Shown: positions 8,633-17,509 of the stretch, piece by piece
Layout: the number at the start of each line of letters is the position of its first letter
How positions within the stretch are numbered: the stretch's first letter is position 1
Assembly (NCBI GenBank): GCA_035486035.1
Contig: DATHNL010000072.1
Location: 2,069 to 66,068 of the forward strand
Direction of reading: 5' to 3'
DNA: 64,000 nucleotides
DNA from: Gemmatimonadaceae bacterium
GTDB lineage: Bacteria > Gemmatimonadota > Gemmatimonadetes > Gemmatimonadales > Gemmatimonadaceae
Program-made: the position numbers and the translations under genes
Notes under the pieces: generated by a model
Database searches by the model: none
What the model saw: the letters and a program-made list of their open reading frames with translations, nothing else
What the model was told of the DNA's origin: nothing

Positions 8633-11304
8633 CCCGCCGCCCGTTCCGTCTCAGCCACGTCGAACGGGACGTCGACGAAGAGATCGCGTTTCACATCGCC
8701 GAACGAGAAAAGAAACTCATTGCGGCCGGCGTGAGCCCAGATGAAGCTCACGCCCGCGCGATGGCGCAATTCGGAGACATACGAGCCGTGCGCACGGAAA
8801 TGCTGACGATCGATCAAGACCGCAAGCGCGCCGACGTCCTGAGCAACATTCGACAGGACGCGACCTACGCGCTGCGCACGCTCGCGCACAATGCCGGCTT
8901 CACGGCCGTCGTCCTGCTGATCTTGGGGCTGGGGATCGGCGCCAACACGTCGATCTTCTCGCTGATCGACGCGCTGATGCTGCGGCCGCTCCCGGTCCCC
9001 CACCCGGAGCAACTCGTCGCGATCGGCGATCAGAGGAGGACGCAGAGCGTCTCAACAGGTACGCCACGGGTGGATCTTCTCTCGTACCCGCTGTACGTGG
9101 ACGTGCGGGACCAGAATCACGTCTTATCGGGCGTCTACGCCACGGGTCGCGCCGGCCGACTGGATGTGCTCATCGAGAAGGGCGCCGAGCCGGACCATCC
9201 GCGCAGCCGGTTCGTGTCCGGCAACTTCTTCACGGTGCTCCAGGTGAGCGCGGCCGCGGGCCGCGTGTTCACGACCGAAGATGACCCCTCCGTCGTGATC
9301 AGCGACGGATACTGGCACCGCCGATTCGGAGGCTCGCGCGACGTCATTGGCCGCACCCTGACGGTCAACGGCGTGCCGCTCACGATCACCGGTGTCGCCC
9401 AAAGGGATTTCACCGGTGACGCCGTCGGTCAGCCGACGGATATCTGGCTGCCGCTCAAGTGGCACCCGATCGTCGTCGCGCACACCGCGTGGCTCAAGGA
9501 TCGCACGATCTCCTGGCTGCTCGTCATGGGCCGCCTCGCGCCCGGCGCGACGCTCGCGCAAGCCCGCACCGAGATCCAGGCGCTCGCCAAGACATCGCTC
9601 CTCGACAACGCGACGGCCGCGGATCGCGGCGGCATCGAGCGCAGCCTCGGCCAACACGCGGTACCGGTCGAATCGGGCGCGATGGGATTCTCGTATTATC
9701 GAAGCGCGTACGCCCAAGCCCTGCTCACGCTGATGGTGGCCGTCGGTCTTGTCCTCCTCGTCGTCTGCGCCAACATCGCCAACCTGCTGTTGGCCCGCGC
9801 CGCCGGCCGCGCACGCGAGATCAGCGTCCGCATCGCCCTCGGCGCCGGACGCGGGCGCCTCTTGCAACAGTTGCTCACGGAGAGCGTCATCCTTGCCGTG
9901 GCCGGCTCCGCGTTGGGCCTGCTCGCGGCACTGACCGGCAGCGCGGCGTTGCTCCGCGTCGTGGGCGGCGGCCTGTCCCTCGCGGTCCACATCGATGGCC
10001 GGGTGCTCGCGTTCACGGTCGGGTTGTCGCTCCTGACCGCGATCCTGTTCGGTCTCATCCCCGCGCTCCGAGCGACGGGACTCGATGTCGCCTCGGCGCT
10101 CCGCACGCAGGGGCGCGGGATCGCGGGATCCGGGAAGCTGGCCATCGGCAAATGGCTCGTCATCGCCCAAGTGGCGCTGTCGATGCTGCTGCTCGTCGGC
10201 GCCGGCATGCTGTCTCGCAGCACGATGGCGCTGGCGAACGCGGACATCGGCGTGGCGAGAGGTCACCTCGTGCTCGCCGAGATCGACGCAGAGCGCAGCG
10301 GCTATCAGGGTCCGCGGCTCATCGCCCTGGTACGCGATCTCACCGAACGGGTCAAGCAGATCCCGGGCGTGCTCTCCGTCACCTCGTCGGAGAACGGGAT
10401 CTTCAGCGGCACGGAATCGGGATCGACGCTGCAGGCCGAAGGGTATACGGCGCGGGCCGATAGCGACACGCTCGTCGCCTCCGACGTGGTTGGCGCCGAC
10501 TATTTCCGGTCGACCGGCGCGCACATCCTGCAAGGGCGTGACATCGAGGCGCGCGACAACGAGACCGCGCCAAAGGTCGCGGTCGTCAACGAGACCGCGG
10601 CGCGGTACTTCTTCCCGAATGGCGAGGCCATCGGACGGCATATCCAGATGGATAGCGCGTCGTGGGAGATCGTCGGCATCGTCAGCGATATTCAGCAGAC
10701 TGGCGTCCGAGAGCCACCCGTGCGGCGCGTCTACTCACCGATGGTGCAGCAGAAGGACGCCCCGACCGGGTTCAAACTCGAGATTCGTGTGGCCGGGGAT
10801 CCAGCGCGGCTCGTGCTGCCGGTGCGTCAGACGTTGCTCGCCGCCGATCCATCGCTCGCGATCTACAGCGTCGATCCATTGACCGAGCTCATTCGCGACT
10901 CGATCGCCAAGGATCGGCTGGTCGCGACGCTCGTCTCGGCGTTCGGGATACTCACGCTGATCCTCGCCGCCCTCGGGCTGTACGGGGTGATGGCCTACGC
11001 GACCGCGCGGCGGACCGGCGAGTTCGGCCTGCGCATGGCCCTCGGCGCCGCGCCGAGTGCGGTCGAGCGCATGGTGCTGCGCGAGGCGATCTTGCTGACT
11101 GGATTCGGGATGGCGATCGGTCTGCCCGTCGCGTTGGCCGCTACCCGACTCGTCCGCGGTCAGCTCTTCGGCATCAGCTTCTTCGATCCGCCGTCGATCG
11201 GTCTCGCGACCGTCGTGCTCAGCGTGAGCGCCGCTTTGGCCGCGTTCGTTCCAGCTATGCGCGCATCGCGTGTCGCCCCGCTGGAGGCGATCAGAGCCGA
11301 CTAA
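8629..11304 (+). CDS. ADOP-family duplicated permease (MacB-like, two FtsX domains) with an N-terminal 'permease prefix' helix
   Basis: Start MTRRPFRLSHVERDVDEEIAFHI at 8629, with ATGA overlap on the padR stop. Two periplasmic MacB-type domains and two 4-TM FtsX modules. The 973-aa ORF track entry is an N-terminal over-extension. Confidence 0.92.
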   Translation: MTRRPFRLSHVERDVDEEIAFHIAEREKKLIAAGVSPDEAHARAMAQFGDIRAVRTEMLTIDQDRKRADVLSNIRQDATYALRTLAHNAGFTAVVLLILGLGIGANTSIFSLIDALMLRPLPVPHPEQLVAIGDQRRTQSVSTGTPRVDLLSYPLYVDVRDQNHVLSGVYATGRAGRLDVLIEKGAEPDHPRSRFVSGNFFTVLQVSAAAGRVFTTEDDPSVVISDGYWHRRFGGSRDVIGRTLTVNGVPLTITGVAQRDFTGDAVGQPTDIWLPLKWHPIVVAHTAWLKDRTISWLLVMGRLAPGATLAQARTEIQALAKTSLLDNATAADRGGIERSLGQHAVPVESGAMGFSYYRSAYAQALLTLMVAVGLVLLVVCANIANLLLARAAGRAREISVRIALGAGRGRLLQQLLTESVILAVAGSALGLLAALTGSAALLRVVGGGLSLAVHIDGRVLAFTVGLSLLTAILFGLIPALRATGLDVASALRTQGRGIAGSGKLAIGKWLVIAQVALSMLLLVGAGMLSRSTMALANADIGVARGHLVLAEIDAERSGYQGPRLIALVRDLTERVKQIPGVLSVTSSENGIFSGTESGSTLQAEGYTARADSDTLVASDVVGADYFRSTGAHILQGRDIEARDNETAPKVAVVNETAARYFFPNGEAIGRHIQMDSASWEIVGIVSDIQQTGVREPPVRRVYSPMVQQKDAPTGFKLEIRVAGDPARLVLPVRQTLLAADPSLAIYSVDPLTELIRDSIAKDRLVATLVSAFGILTLILAALGLYGVMAYATARRTGEFGLRMALGAAPSAVERMVLREAILLTGFGMAIGLPVALAATRLVRGQLFGISFFDPPSIGLATVVLSVSAALAAFVPAMRASRVAPLEAIRAD

Positions 11305-11729
11305 CGGTGCTCGTAGACGGTGGCGCCTGACGTGTGGAGCGCGAGCACGTCGTAGTGGTCCGCTTGGCCACCCATTTCCATTCCAGGCGACCCGCTCGGC
11401 ATACCGGGGACCGCGAGCCCGGTGACGCCGGCCGGGTGATCGTGTAGAAGCCGCGTCACGAGCTCCGGCGGGACGTGTCCTTCGATGACATAGCCGCCGA
11501 CGACAGCCGTATGGCACGATCCGAGCTGTGGCGTGATGCCGTGGTCGCGCTTGATCGTCTGCAGCGCGCCGGGGTTCTCGACGTCCACCGTCTCGACCGT
11601 ATAGCCCGCGCTCCGCATCCGATCGACCCACTGCCCACAACAATGGCAGGTCGGGCTCTTGTAGACGGTGACCGTCTCAGGGGGACGCAGGGTCGCGAGC
11701 ACGACCAACGCTATCAGGCCAATTTTCAT
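11301..11729 (-). CDS. DUF411 (CopG-like) periplasmic metal-binding protein
   Basis: Signal peptide, the CHCC motif (SPTCHCCGQW), HGITP...CHT and a Met-rich GMPSGSPGMEMG segment, typical of the copper-resistance-associated DUF411 family. Confidence 0.88.
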   Translation of the reverse strand: MKIGLIALVVLATLRPPETVTVYKSPTCHCCGQWVDRMRSAGYTVETVDVENPGALQTIKRDHGITPQLGSCHTAVVGGYVIEGHVPPELVTRLLHDHPAGVTGLAVPGMPSGSPGMEMGGQADHYDVLALHTSGATVYEHR

Positions 11730-11738
11730 ATCCTAAAT

Positions 11739-12407
11739 ATGAAACGCGGCATCGCCATCGTCCTCCTGGTCGTCGCCTTGGTCGCCGGCGGCCGCTTCCT
11801 CGGCGCCAGTGTCGCGCCATTCGTCCAGCAGGTGAACCGGCTCGGCGCGGCGGGCCCGATCGCCTTCGTCGCCGGCTACGCCGTCGCCTGCATCGCCCTC
11901 GTGCCGGCCTCGCTGCTCACGCTGGCCGCGGGCGCGATTTTTGGGATCGTCTGGGGGACGATCTACACGCTGATCGGCGCCTCGATCGGAGCCGCGCTGT
12001 CGTTTCTCATTGCGCGATACGCGGCGCGGGGACTCGTCGAGCGTCGCCTCGCGGACAACGCGCGGTTTGCGGCGATCGATCGCGCCGTCGGCGCCGACGG
12101 GCTCAAGATTGTCACGTTGCTCCGGCTGTCGCCCGTTTTTCCGTTCTCGCTCTTGAACTACGCGCTGGGCCTCACGCACGTGCGGCTTGCCGATTATTTA
12201 CTCGGCATGATCGGCATCATTCCGGGTACGTTGCTCTACGTGTACTATGGGAAGGTCGGCGGCGATCTGGCTGCGCTCGTCGGCGGCGCGCGGCCGCGCG
12301 GTGGGCCGGCGAGTATCGCGTTCTTGAGTGTAGGGCTGATCGCGACGATCGCGGTCACGGTGCTCATCACTCGGGCCGCTCGGCGCGCGCTCGCGCATGT
12401 CATCTAA
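11739..12407 (+). CDS. TVP38/TMEM64 family (DedA superfamily) membrane protein
   Basis: Start MKRGIAIVLLVV at 11739. Motifs LVPASLLTLAAGAIFG and LRLSPVFPFSLLNYALGLT. Confidence 0.88.
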   Translation: MKRGIAIVLLVVALVAGGRFLGASVAPFVQQVNRLGAAGPIAFVAGYAVACIALVPASLLTLAAGAIFGIVWGTIYTLIGASIGAALSFLIARYAARGLVERRLADNARFAAIDRAVGADGLKIVTLLRLSPVFPFSLLNYALGLTHVRLADYLLGMIGIIPGTLLYVYYGKVGGDLAALVGGARPRGGPASIAFLSVGLIATIAVTVLITRAARRALAHVI

Positions 12408-13788
12408 GCCATCGCGCTACCATCTCGTGGTGATTGGTGCCGGCACTGGCGGCCTTGTCACGTCGGCGATCGCCGCGGGGCTCGGCGCGCGCGTGGCGCT
12501 CGTCGAGCGCGATCGCATGGGCGGAGACTGTCTCAATGTTGGGTGCGTTCCGTCGAAATCGCTGATCCATGCCGCGCGATCGGGCATTGCCTTTCCCGCC
12601 GCGATGGAGGCGATGCGGGCGGTTCGCGCCGAGCTGAGTGTCCACGACAGCGCCGAGCGCTTCACCTCGCTGGGCGTCGATGTCTATCACGGCACGGCAC
12701 GATTCGCCTCTCGCGATACGATAGAGGTCGGCGACACGACGCTCCGTTTCGCGAAGGCGGTGATTGCGACCGGTGCACGGGCGGCGGTGCCGCCGATCGC
12801 GGGTCTGGAGGCGTCCGGGTATCTCACCAACGAGACCGTGTTCGATCTGACGACGCAGCCGGATCGATTGGTGATCGTCGGCGCCGGACCGATCGGGTGC
12901 GAGCTGGGGCAAGTCTTCGCGCGATTCGGCACGCAGGTGACCGTAGTCGATCTCGCTCCTCGTATTTTGCCGCGGGATGATCCGGATGCCGCGGCGATCG
13001 TGGCCGACGCGATGCGGAGAGACGGCGTGCGGTTCATGTATGGCGTCACGCCGGTGCGCGCCGAGCGAGGGGCCTTGTATGTCGCGCCGATCGGTGCCGA
13101 GCTTGCGGGCGAAGTACGAATTGAAACCGACGCGATATTGATCGCGGCCGGACGAGCGCCGAACGTCGAGGGGTTCGGCCTCGACGTCGCCGGGGTGCGA
13201 TATCATATGCTGACCGGAGTCGTCGTCGACGATCGGCTGCGAACCACGAACCCCAACGTGTACGCGGTCGGTGATGTCGCTTCGGCGCTCAAGTTCACGC
13301 ACAACTCCGACTGGCAGGCCCGCCTCGTCGTGCCGAACGCTCTCTTTTTCGGCGTCGGCGGGGGCCGTGTGAGCCGCGGCATCATCCCCTGGTGCACCTA
13401 CACGACGCCCGAGCTCGCCCACGTTGGTGAAACCGCCGCGACGGCGCGGCAGAAGGGCATAGCGATCGACACCGTGACCGTGCCGATGGCGTCCGTGGAT
13501 CGGGCCGTGATCGACGACGTGACCGAGGGATTCGCGCGGGTGCACGTCCGGCGTGGGACGGACCGTATCGTCGGCGCCACGCTCGTGTCCGAGCACGCCG
13601 GCGAGTCGATCAGCGAGATCACCCTCGCGATGACGAACCGGATCGGCCTGGGCGGGATCGGCAAGACGGTTCACCCATACCCGACGCAGGCCGAGGTCTT
13701 CCGGAAGGCCGCTGACGCCTGGCGCCGGCAGCGGCTTACGCCCGGCGCCAAGAGCCTCTTCGAGCGGTTCTTCCGGGTTACTTCTTGA
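12397..13788 (+). CDS. Class I pyridine nucleotide-disulfide oxidoreductase (dihydrolipoamide dehydrogenase / mercuric-reductase-like)
   Basis: GxGxxG (VVIGAGTGG), redox-active CLNVGCVPSK and the dimerisation-domain HPYPTQAE motif. No N-terminal HMA domain and no C-terminal Cys pair. Overlaps the TVP38 gene by 11 nt. Confidence 0.9.
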   Translation: MSSKPSRYHLVVIGAGTGGLVTSAIAAGLGARVALVERDRMGGDCLNVGCVPSKSLIHAARSGIAFPAAMEAMRAVRAELSVHDSAERFTSLGVDVYHGTARFASRDTIEVGDTTLRFAKAVIATGARAAVPPIAGLEASGYLTNETVFDLTTQPDRLVIVGAGPIGCELGQVFARFGTQVTVVDLAPRILPRDDPDAAAIVADAMRRDGVRFMYGVTPVRAERGALYVAPIGAELAGEVRIETDAILIAAGRAPNVEGFGLDVAGVRYHMLTGVVVDDRLRTTNPNVYAVGDVASALKFTHNSDWQARLVVPNALFFGVGGGRVSRGIIPWCTYTTPELAHVGETAATARQKGIAIDTVTVPMASVDRAVIDDVTEGFARVHVRRGTDRIVGATLVSEHAGESISEITLAMTNRIGLGGIGKTVHPYPTQAEVFRKAADAWRRQRLTPGAKSLFERFFRVTS

Positions 13789-14323
13789 ACAGCGGGAAGA
13801 CGAACTCTTTGATCAGGTTAAATCCGGCGTGCTCGCCGATGGCCTCGGAGCCCAACTTGAGTCCGCCCTGCCATCCTCCGTACGTGTGTCCGTAGAACGC
13901 GGCCTCCGTGTAGCCCCCGGCGTAGGCGCCGGCGATCTGTGGAACACCGAGCACGTAATTTCCGTTGTCATTGCGGGCGAGGAACGACGAGACGACCGCA
14001 TGACCAGCGCGAGCAAACACATTCCGACAGCCACACGGGACGTAACTCGGGTCCTGATGCATCACGGCCGCGAGCCCATCGCGCACAGTGACGTCTGCCG
14101 TATGGGCGGCAAAGTTGGTACCGAGGCGATAGCCGAAGCCTTCGTCGCGATCCCACCAGCTGGGCGAGCGCTGCAACGTTCCAATGCCGGCGCCGATGGT
14201 GACGCTGGCCATCGCGAACGGGCTGAACTCATCGCTCAGGTAGGTGTGCAGCAGGTCCTGCGCGTGGGCGGTGACGGGAGCGACGATCACGGCGAGGGAA
14301 GCGAGGCAGCATCCAGGACGCAC
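13778..14323 (-). CDS. Hypothetical secreted protein
   Basis: A GTG start at 14323 gives the signal peptide VRPGCCLASLAVIVAPVTAHA. The start is uncertain because the ORF is open to 14428. Confidence 0.55.
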   Translation of the reverse strand: MRPGCCLASLAVIVAPVTAHAQDLLHTYLSDEFSPFAMASVTIGAGIGTLQRSPSWWDRDEGFGYRLGTNFAAHTADVTVRDGLAAVMHQDPSYVPCGCRNVFARAGHAVVSSFLARNDNGNYVLGVPQIAGAYAGGYTEAAFYGHTYGGWQGGLKLGSEAIGEHAGFNLIKEFVFPLFKK

Positions 14324-14376
14324 GGGCAGCTCTGTGGTGTGAGTGGTTTGAGGTATAAAGTACTCAATATAACGGG

Positions 14377-15018
14377 GTGGAAACCGTGACCCCGTTTGGC
14401 CGCCGGGTGGCGACGTTCGTGGGCGCATGCCTGGTGTTCGATCTCTATGGGTACGCCGTCTACCACGCGTGGCGGACGCACCTGCTCGGCCCTGTCCCAG
14501 CGCTGGTACTGCTGACGCTCATGGCCGTGCTCGGTATAGCCGGGATGGTGTTCGCGCCGGCGTGGATTCGGCGGGCCAGCGGCCAGGTATCGCCGCCGGT
14601 GGTCGACGACCAGCGGAAGCGGCGGCCATGGTGGTTTCCATGGCTGCTCGCGCTCGCTTCGATCGTTGTTGGTGCCGGGCTCGCGGCGTGGAGTTGGATC
14701 GCCTGGCCGCCGCCGGCACCGCCGACTGCCGTGCAGTGGCTTCTGCTCATGGCGCTCGACGCCGCGTGCGTGGGATTTCTCGCCTTCACGATCGTCCGGC
14801 TCAAGCGCCCCGAACGCTTTGGGCTCGCGCTTGGGGTGATTCTCACCATCGACGGGAGCATCCGTCTGGTCGGCGGGTTCTCCCTCGCCCAAATCCTGAG
14901 CCTGCGATTCGTCTTCGGGCTCGTGCAGATGGGGGTCATCTATATGCCCATCTGTCTCTGGGGCGGCTATCTGTGGCGGCGTATCATGACGGCGATCTTC
15001 ACGCCGCCCAAACGCTAG
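14377..15018 (+). CDS. Hypothetical integral membrane protein
   Basis: 213 aa with about 6 hydrophobic helices and Trp-rich loops. No family recognised. Confidence 0.6.
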   Translation: METVTPFGRRVATFVGACLVFDLYGYAVYHAWRTHLLGPVPALVLLTLMAVLGIAGMVFAPAWIRRASGQVSPPVVDDQRKRRPWWFPWLLALASIVVGAGLAAWSWIAWPPPAPPTAVQWLLLMALDAACVGFLAFTIVRLKRPERFGLALGVILTIDGSIRLVGGFSLAQILSLRFVFGLVQMGVIYMPICLWGGYLWRRIMTAIFTPPKR

Positions 15019-15069
15019 CTTCGATTAGCCCCGGCTATAATTCAGTAGGACGCATAACCGGAGAGCAAC

Positions 15070-15555
15070 GTGAGCGAAACGGCGACGTTCGCCGCTGGCT
15101 GTTTTTGGGGTGTCGAGGCGACGTTCCGGCAATTGCCGGGCGTAGTCTCCACCCGGGTCGGCTATACAGGGGGCAAGACCGCGAGCCCGACCTACGAAGA
15201 TGTGTGCACAGACAGGACGGGTCATGCCGAGGCGGTCGAGGTCACCTATGACCCGGCCAAGGTCTCGTATGATGACCTGCTGAATATTTTCTGGGAGAAC
15301 CACGACCCGACGACGCTGAACCGGCAGGGGCCGGACGTCGGCACGCAGTATCGGTCAGCGATTTTCTATCATACCGAAGCGCAGCACGCGGCCGCGATCG
15401 CCTCGCGCGACGCGCTCGAGGCCGCACACAAGTTCCGTCGGCCGATCGTCACGCAGATCGTGCCGGCCGTGCCGTTCCACGCGGCGGAAGAGTACCACCA
15501 ACGGTACCTCGAGAAACGCGGTCTCTCGAGCTGCCACGTCAGCCTGACACAATAG
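15070..15555 (+). CDS. msrA: Peptide-methionine (S)-S-oxide reductase
   Basis: Catalytic GCFWGVE motif, then GYTGG...PTYEDVC...GHAEAV and YHQRYL. A GGAGAG Shine-Dalgarno precedes the GTG start. Confidence 0.95.
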   Translation: MSETATFAAGCFWGVEATFRQLPGVVSTRVGYTGGKTASPTYEDVCTDRTGHAEAVEVTYDPAKVSYDDLLNIFWENHDPTTLNRQGPDVGTQYRSAIFYHTEAQHAAAIASRDALEAAHKFRRPIVTQIVPAVPFHAAEEYHQRYLEKRGLSSCHVSLTQ

Positions 15556-15559
15556 CCCC

Positions 15560-16156
15560 GTGGTTCCGGTCGGCCATCTCATCAAAGAGTACGGGTACCT
15601 CATCGTAGCCCTGCTCGTGGCCGCCGAAAACTTGGGACTTCCACTCCCCGGCGAGAGCGCGCTGATTACCGCGGCCGCTTTCGCCGCTCGCGGACATCTG
15701 TGGCTCCCCGGCGTGATCGCCGCGTCGACCGCTGGCACCATCGTCGGTGGATCCGGGGGCTACTGGATCGGTCGCGCGGGCGGTATCCGCCTGCTGCACC
15801 GCATTGGCAAATTCATCGGCGTCGGCGAAGCCGAGATCCAGAAAGGCCACGACTTTTTCGCGAAGCACGGCTCGAAGACCGTGTTTCTCGCGCGGTTCGT
15901 CGCGATCTTGCGCATCGTGGTCGGCATCCTCGCGGGGGTGAGCGAGATGCCATTTGGCCAATTCACGTTCTACAACGCGCTCGGCGGCGCGTGTTGGTCG
16001 GTCGCGATTGGGCTGCTGGCATACACGTTCGGCGCGAACTTGCCACTTCTGCATCGGCTGCTCGGCACGGGCGGCCTCATCGCCGCCGCCGTCGTGCTGC
16101 TAGCCGTGCTGGTCGTGCTGCGGCTCAGACGCCGCCGACCGGCGCCTTCCACTTGA
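15560..16156 (+). CDS. DedA-family membrane protein
   Basis: GYLIVALLVAAENLGLPLPGE and FLARFVAILR motifs. Lies 4 nt downstream of msrA. Confidence 0.9.
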   Translation: MVPVGHLIKEYGYLIVALLVAAENLGLPLPGESALITAAAFAARGHLWLPGVIAASTAGTIVGGSGGYWIGRAGGIRLLHRIGKFIGVGEAEIQKGHDFFAKHGSKTVFLARFVAILRIVVGILAGVSEMPFGQFTFYNALGGACWSVAIGLLAYTFGANLPLLHRLLGTGGLIAAAVVLLAVLVVLRLRRRRPAPST

Positions 16157-16694
16157 TGTTGCAGCCGATGCTGGGCACCTGAGGCTCCGGCACCGTCCGC
16201 CCAGCCAGTATCGCGTCGATCGCATCTCGCAAATCGCGCCCGGTCACGGGTCGCCCATTCCCAGGTCGGCTGTCATCGAGCTGCCCTCGGTAAACCAACT
16301 CGCCGTCTGCATACAGGAAGAGATCCGGCGTGCACACAGCGCCGAAGGCGCGTGCGATATCCTGGCTTTCGTCGTACAGATAGGGAAACGAGAACCCGAC
16401 CTGGCGGGCCTGTGCAGCGAGAGACTCCGGCGCGTCGTCCGGATGGGTGGCCGCATCGTTCGAGCTGATCGCGACGATCCCGATGTCGCGTCCCTTGTAG
16501 TCACGTCCGATGCGCGCGAGCTCGTCCTGCACGTGCACGACGAACGGACAGTGCCGGCAGATGAACATCACGAGCAGCGCGTTGTGCTGGGCGAAGTCGG
16601 CCAGGCGTACCGTGCGGCCGGTCGAGACGTCCGGGAGCGCGAAGTCCGGGGTCGCCGTGCCGAGGGCGACCATGGTCGATGCTGTTCGGGCCAT
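16125..16694 (-). CDS. Thioredoxin-fold thiol-disulfide oxidoreductase (AhpC/TSA-like family)
   Basis: Start MARTASTMVALGT at 16694. PDFALPD...LVMFICRHCPFV (CxxC) in a thioredoxin fold. Confidence 0.88.
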   Translation of the reverse strand: MARTASTMVALGTATPDFALPDVSTGRTVRLADFAQHNALLVMFICRHCPFVVHVQDELARIGRDYKGRDIGIVAISSNDAATHPDDAPESLAAQARQVGFSFPYLYDESQDIARAFGAVCTPDLFLYADGELVYRGQLDDSRPGNGRPVTGRDLRDAIDAILAGRTVPEPQVPSIGCNIKWKAPVGGV

Positions 16695-16711
16695 GCTATA
16701 ATCTATTCGCC

Positions 16712-17509
16712 GTGCGCATCCTGACCGCCACCCGTTACGTCCAGCCGCTGCGCGAGGGCGGATCGCTTCCCGCCGTCGTCGAGACCGAGGGCGGCGCGCT
16801 CTACGTCGTGAAATTCCGCGGCGCGGGACATGGAACGCGCGCACTCGTGGCCGAGCTGATCACCGGCCTCGTGGCGGTCGCGCTCGGGCTCCCGACGCCG
16901 GAGTTGGCGTTGATCGACGTCCCGCCGCCGTTCGGGCGGAGCGAGCCTGATCCCGAGATTCAGGACATCCTGCAGAAGAGTCACGGGCTCAATGTCGGGG
17001 CCGTGTACTTGGACGGCGCGTTCAACTTCGACGCGACCGCGGCCGGCGATCTGATCAGCCCAGCACTCGCGGCTCGGATCGTCTGGCTCGATGCGTTTCT
17101 CACGAACCCCGATCGCACGCATCGCAATCCGAACCTCCTCATCTGGCGGCGTAGCCCGTATCTGATCGACCATGGCTCGGCGCTCTACGCGCACCACGAC
17201 TGGGAGTCGGTCGACGACGCGCGCACGCGCACGCCGTTCCCCTTGATTCAGCACCACGTGCTGCTCGGCCGTACCTCTCCAAGCACGATCGCGGACGCCG
17301 ACCGAGACGCGATGACTCGCCTCACGCCGGCGACAATCGACGGTGTCTTGTCACAGGTTCCCGACGATCTGCTCTCCGACCCGCGCTCGCGCTATCGCGA
17401 CTATCTCGTGCGCCGGCTCGAAGCCCCGCGCGAGTTCGTGGCCGAGATCAATCGCGCACGCGAGGCTGTTGCTGGCGTGCCGCCCAAGGCGTTGAAGGCG
17501 CGCCGATGA
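16712..17509 (+). CDS. HipA-like / PI3-4-kinase-fold serine/threonine kinase family protein
   Basis: RYVQPLREGGSLPAVVE...YVVKFRGAGHG N-lobe, catalytic-loop-like FLTNPDRTHRNPNLL and a DxG-like YLIDHGSAL. A GTG at 16712 is preferred over the ATG at 16679, which would overlap the divergent gene. TATAAT at 16697-16702. Confidence 0.8.
   Translation: MRILTATRYVQPLREGGSLPAVVETEGGALYVVKFRGAGHGTRALVAELITGLVAVALGLPTPELALIDVPPPFGRSEPDPEIQDILQKSHGLNVGAVYLDGAFNFDATAAGDLISPALAARIVWLDAFLTNPDRTHRNPNLLIWRRSPYLIDHGSALYAHHDWESVDDARTRTPFPLIQHHVLLGRTSPSTIADADRDAMTRLTPATIDGVLSQVPDDLLSDPRSRYRDYLVRRLEAPREFVAEINRAREAVAGVPPKALKARR

Noticed and set aside
9124-10641. A 505-aa ORF on the minus strand inside the first ADOP permease.
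   Set aside because: It is antisense to a gene with clear family motifs. Its composition is dominated by R, G, D and A with no recognisable domain. It is a shadow ORF.
12397-13788. A mercuric reductase (merA), implying a mercury resistance operon.
   Set aside because: There is no N-terminal HMA domain and no C-terminal Cys-Cys pair. There are no merR, merT or merP neighbours. Only the generic class I disulfide reductase core is present.
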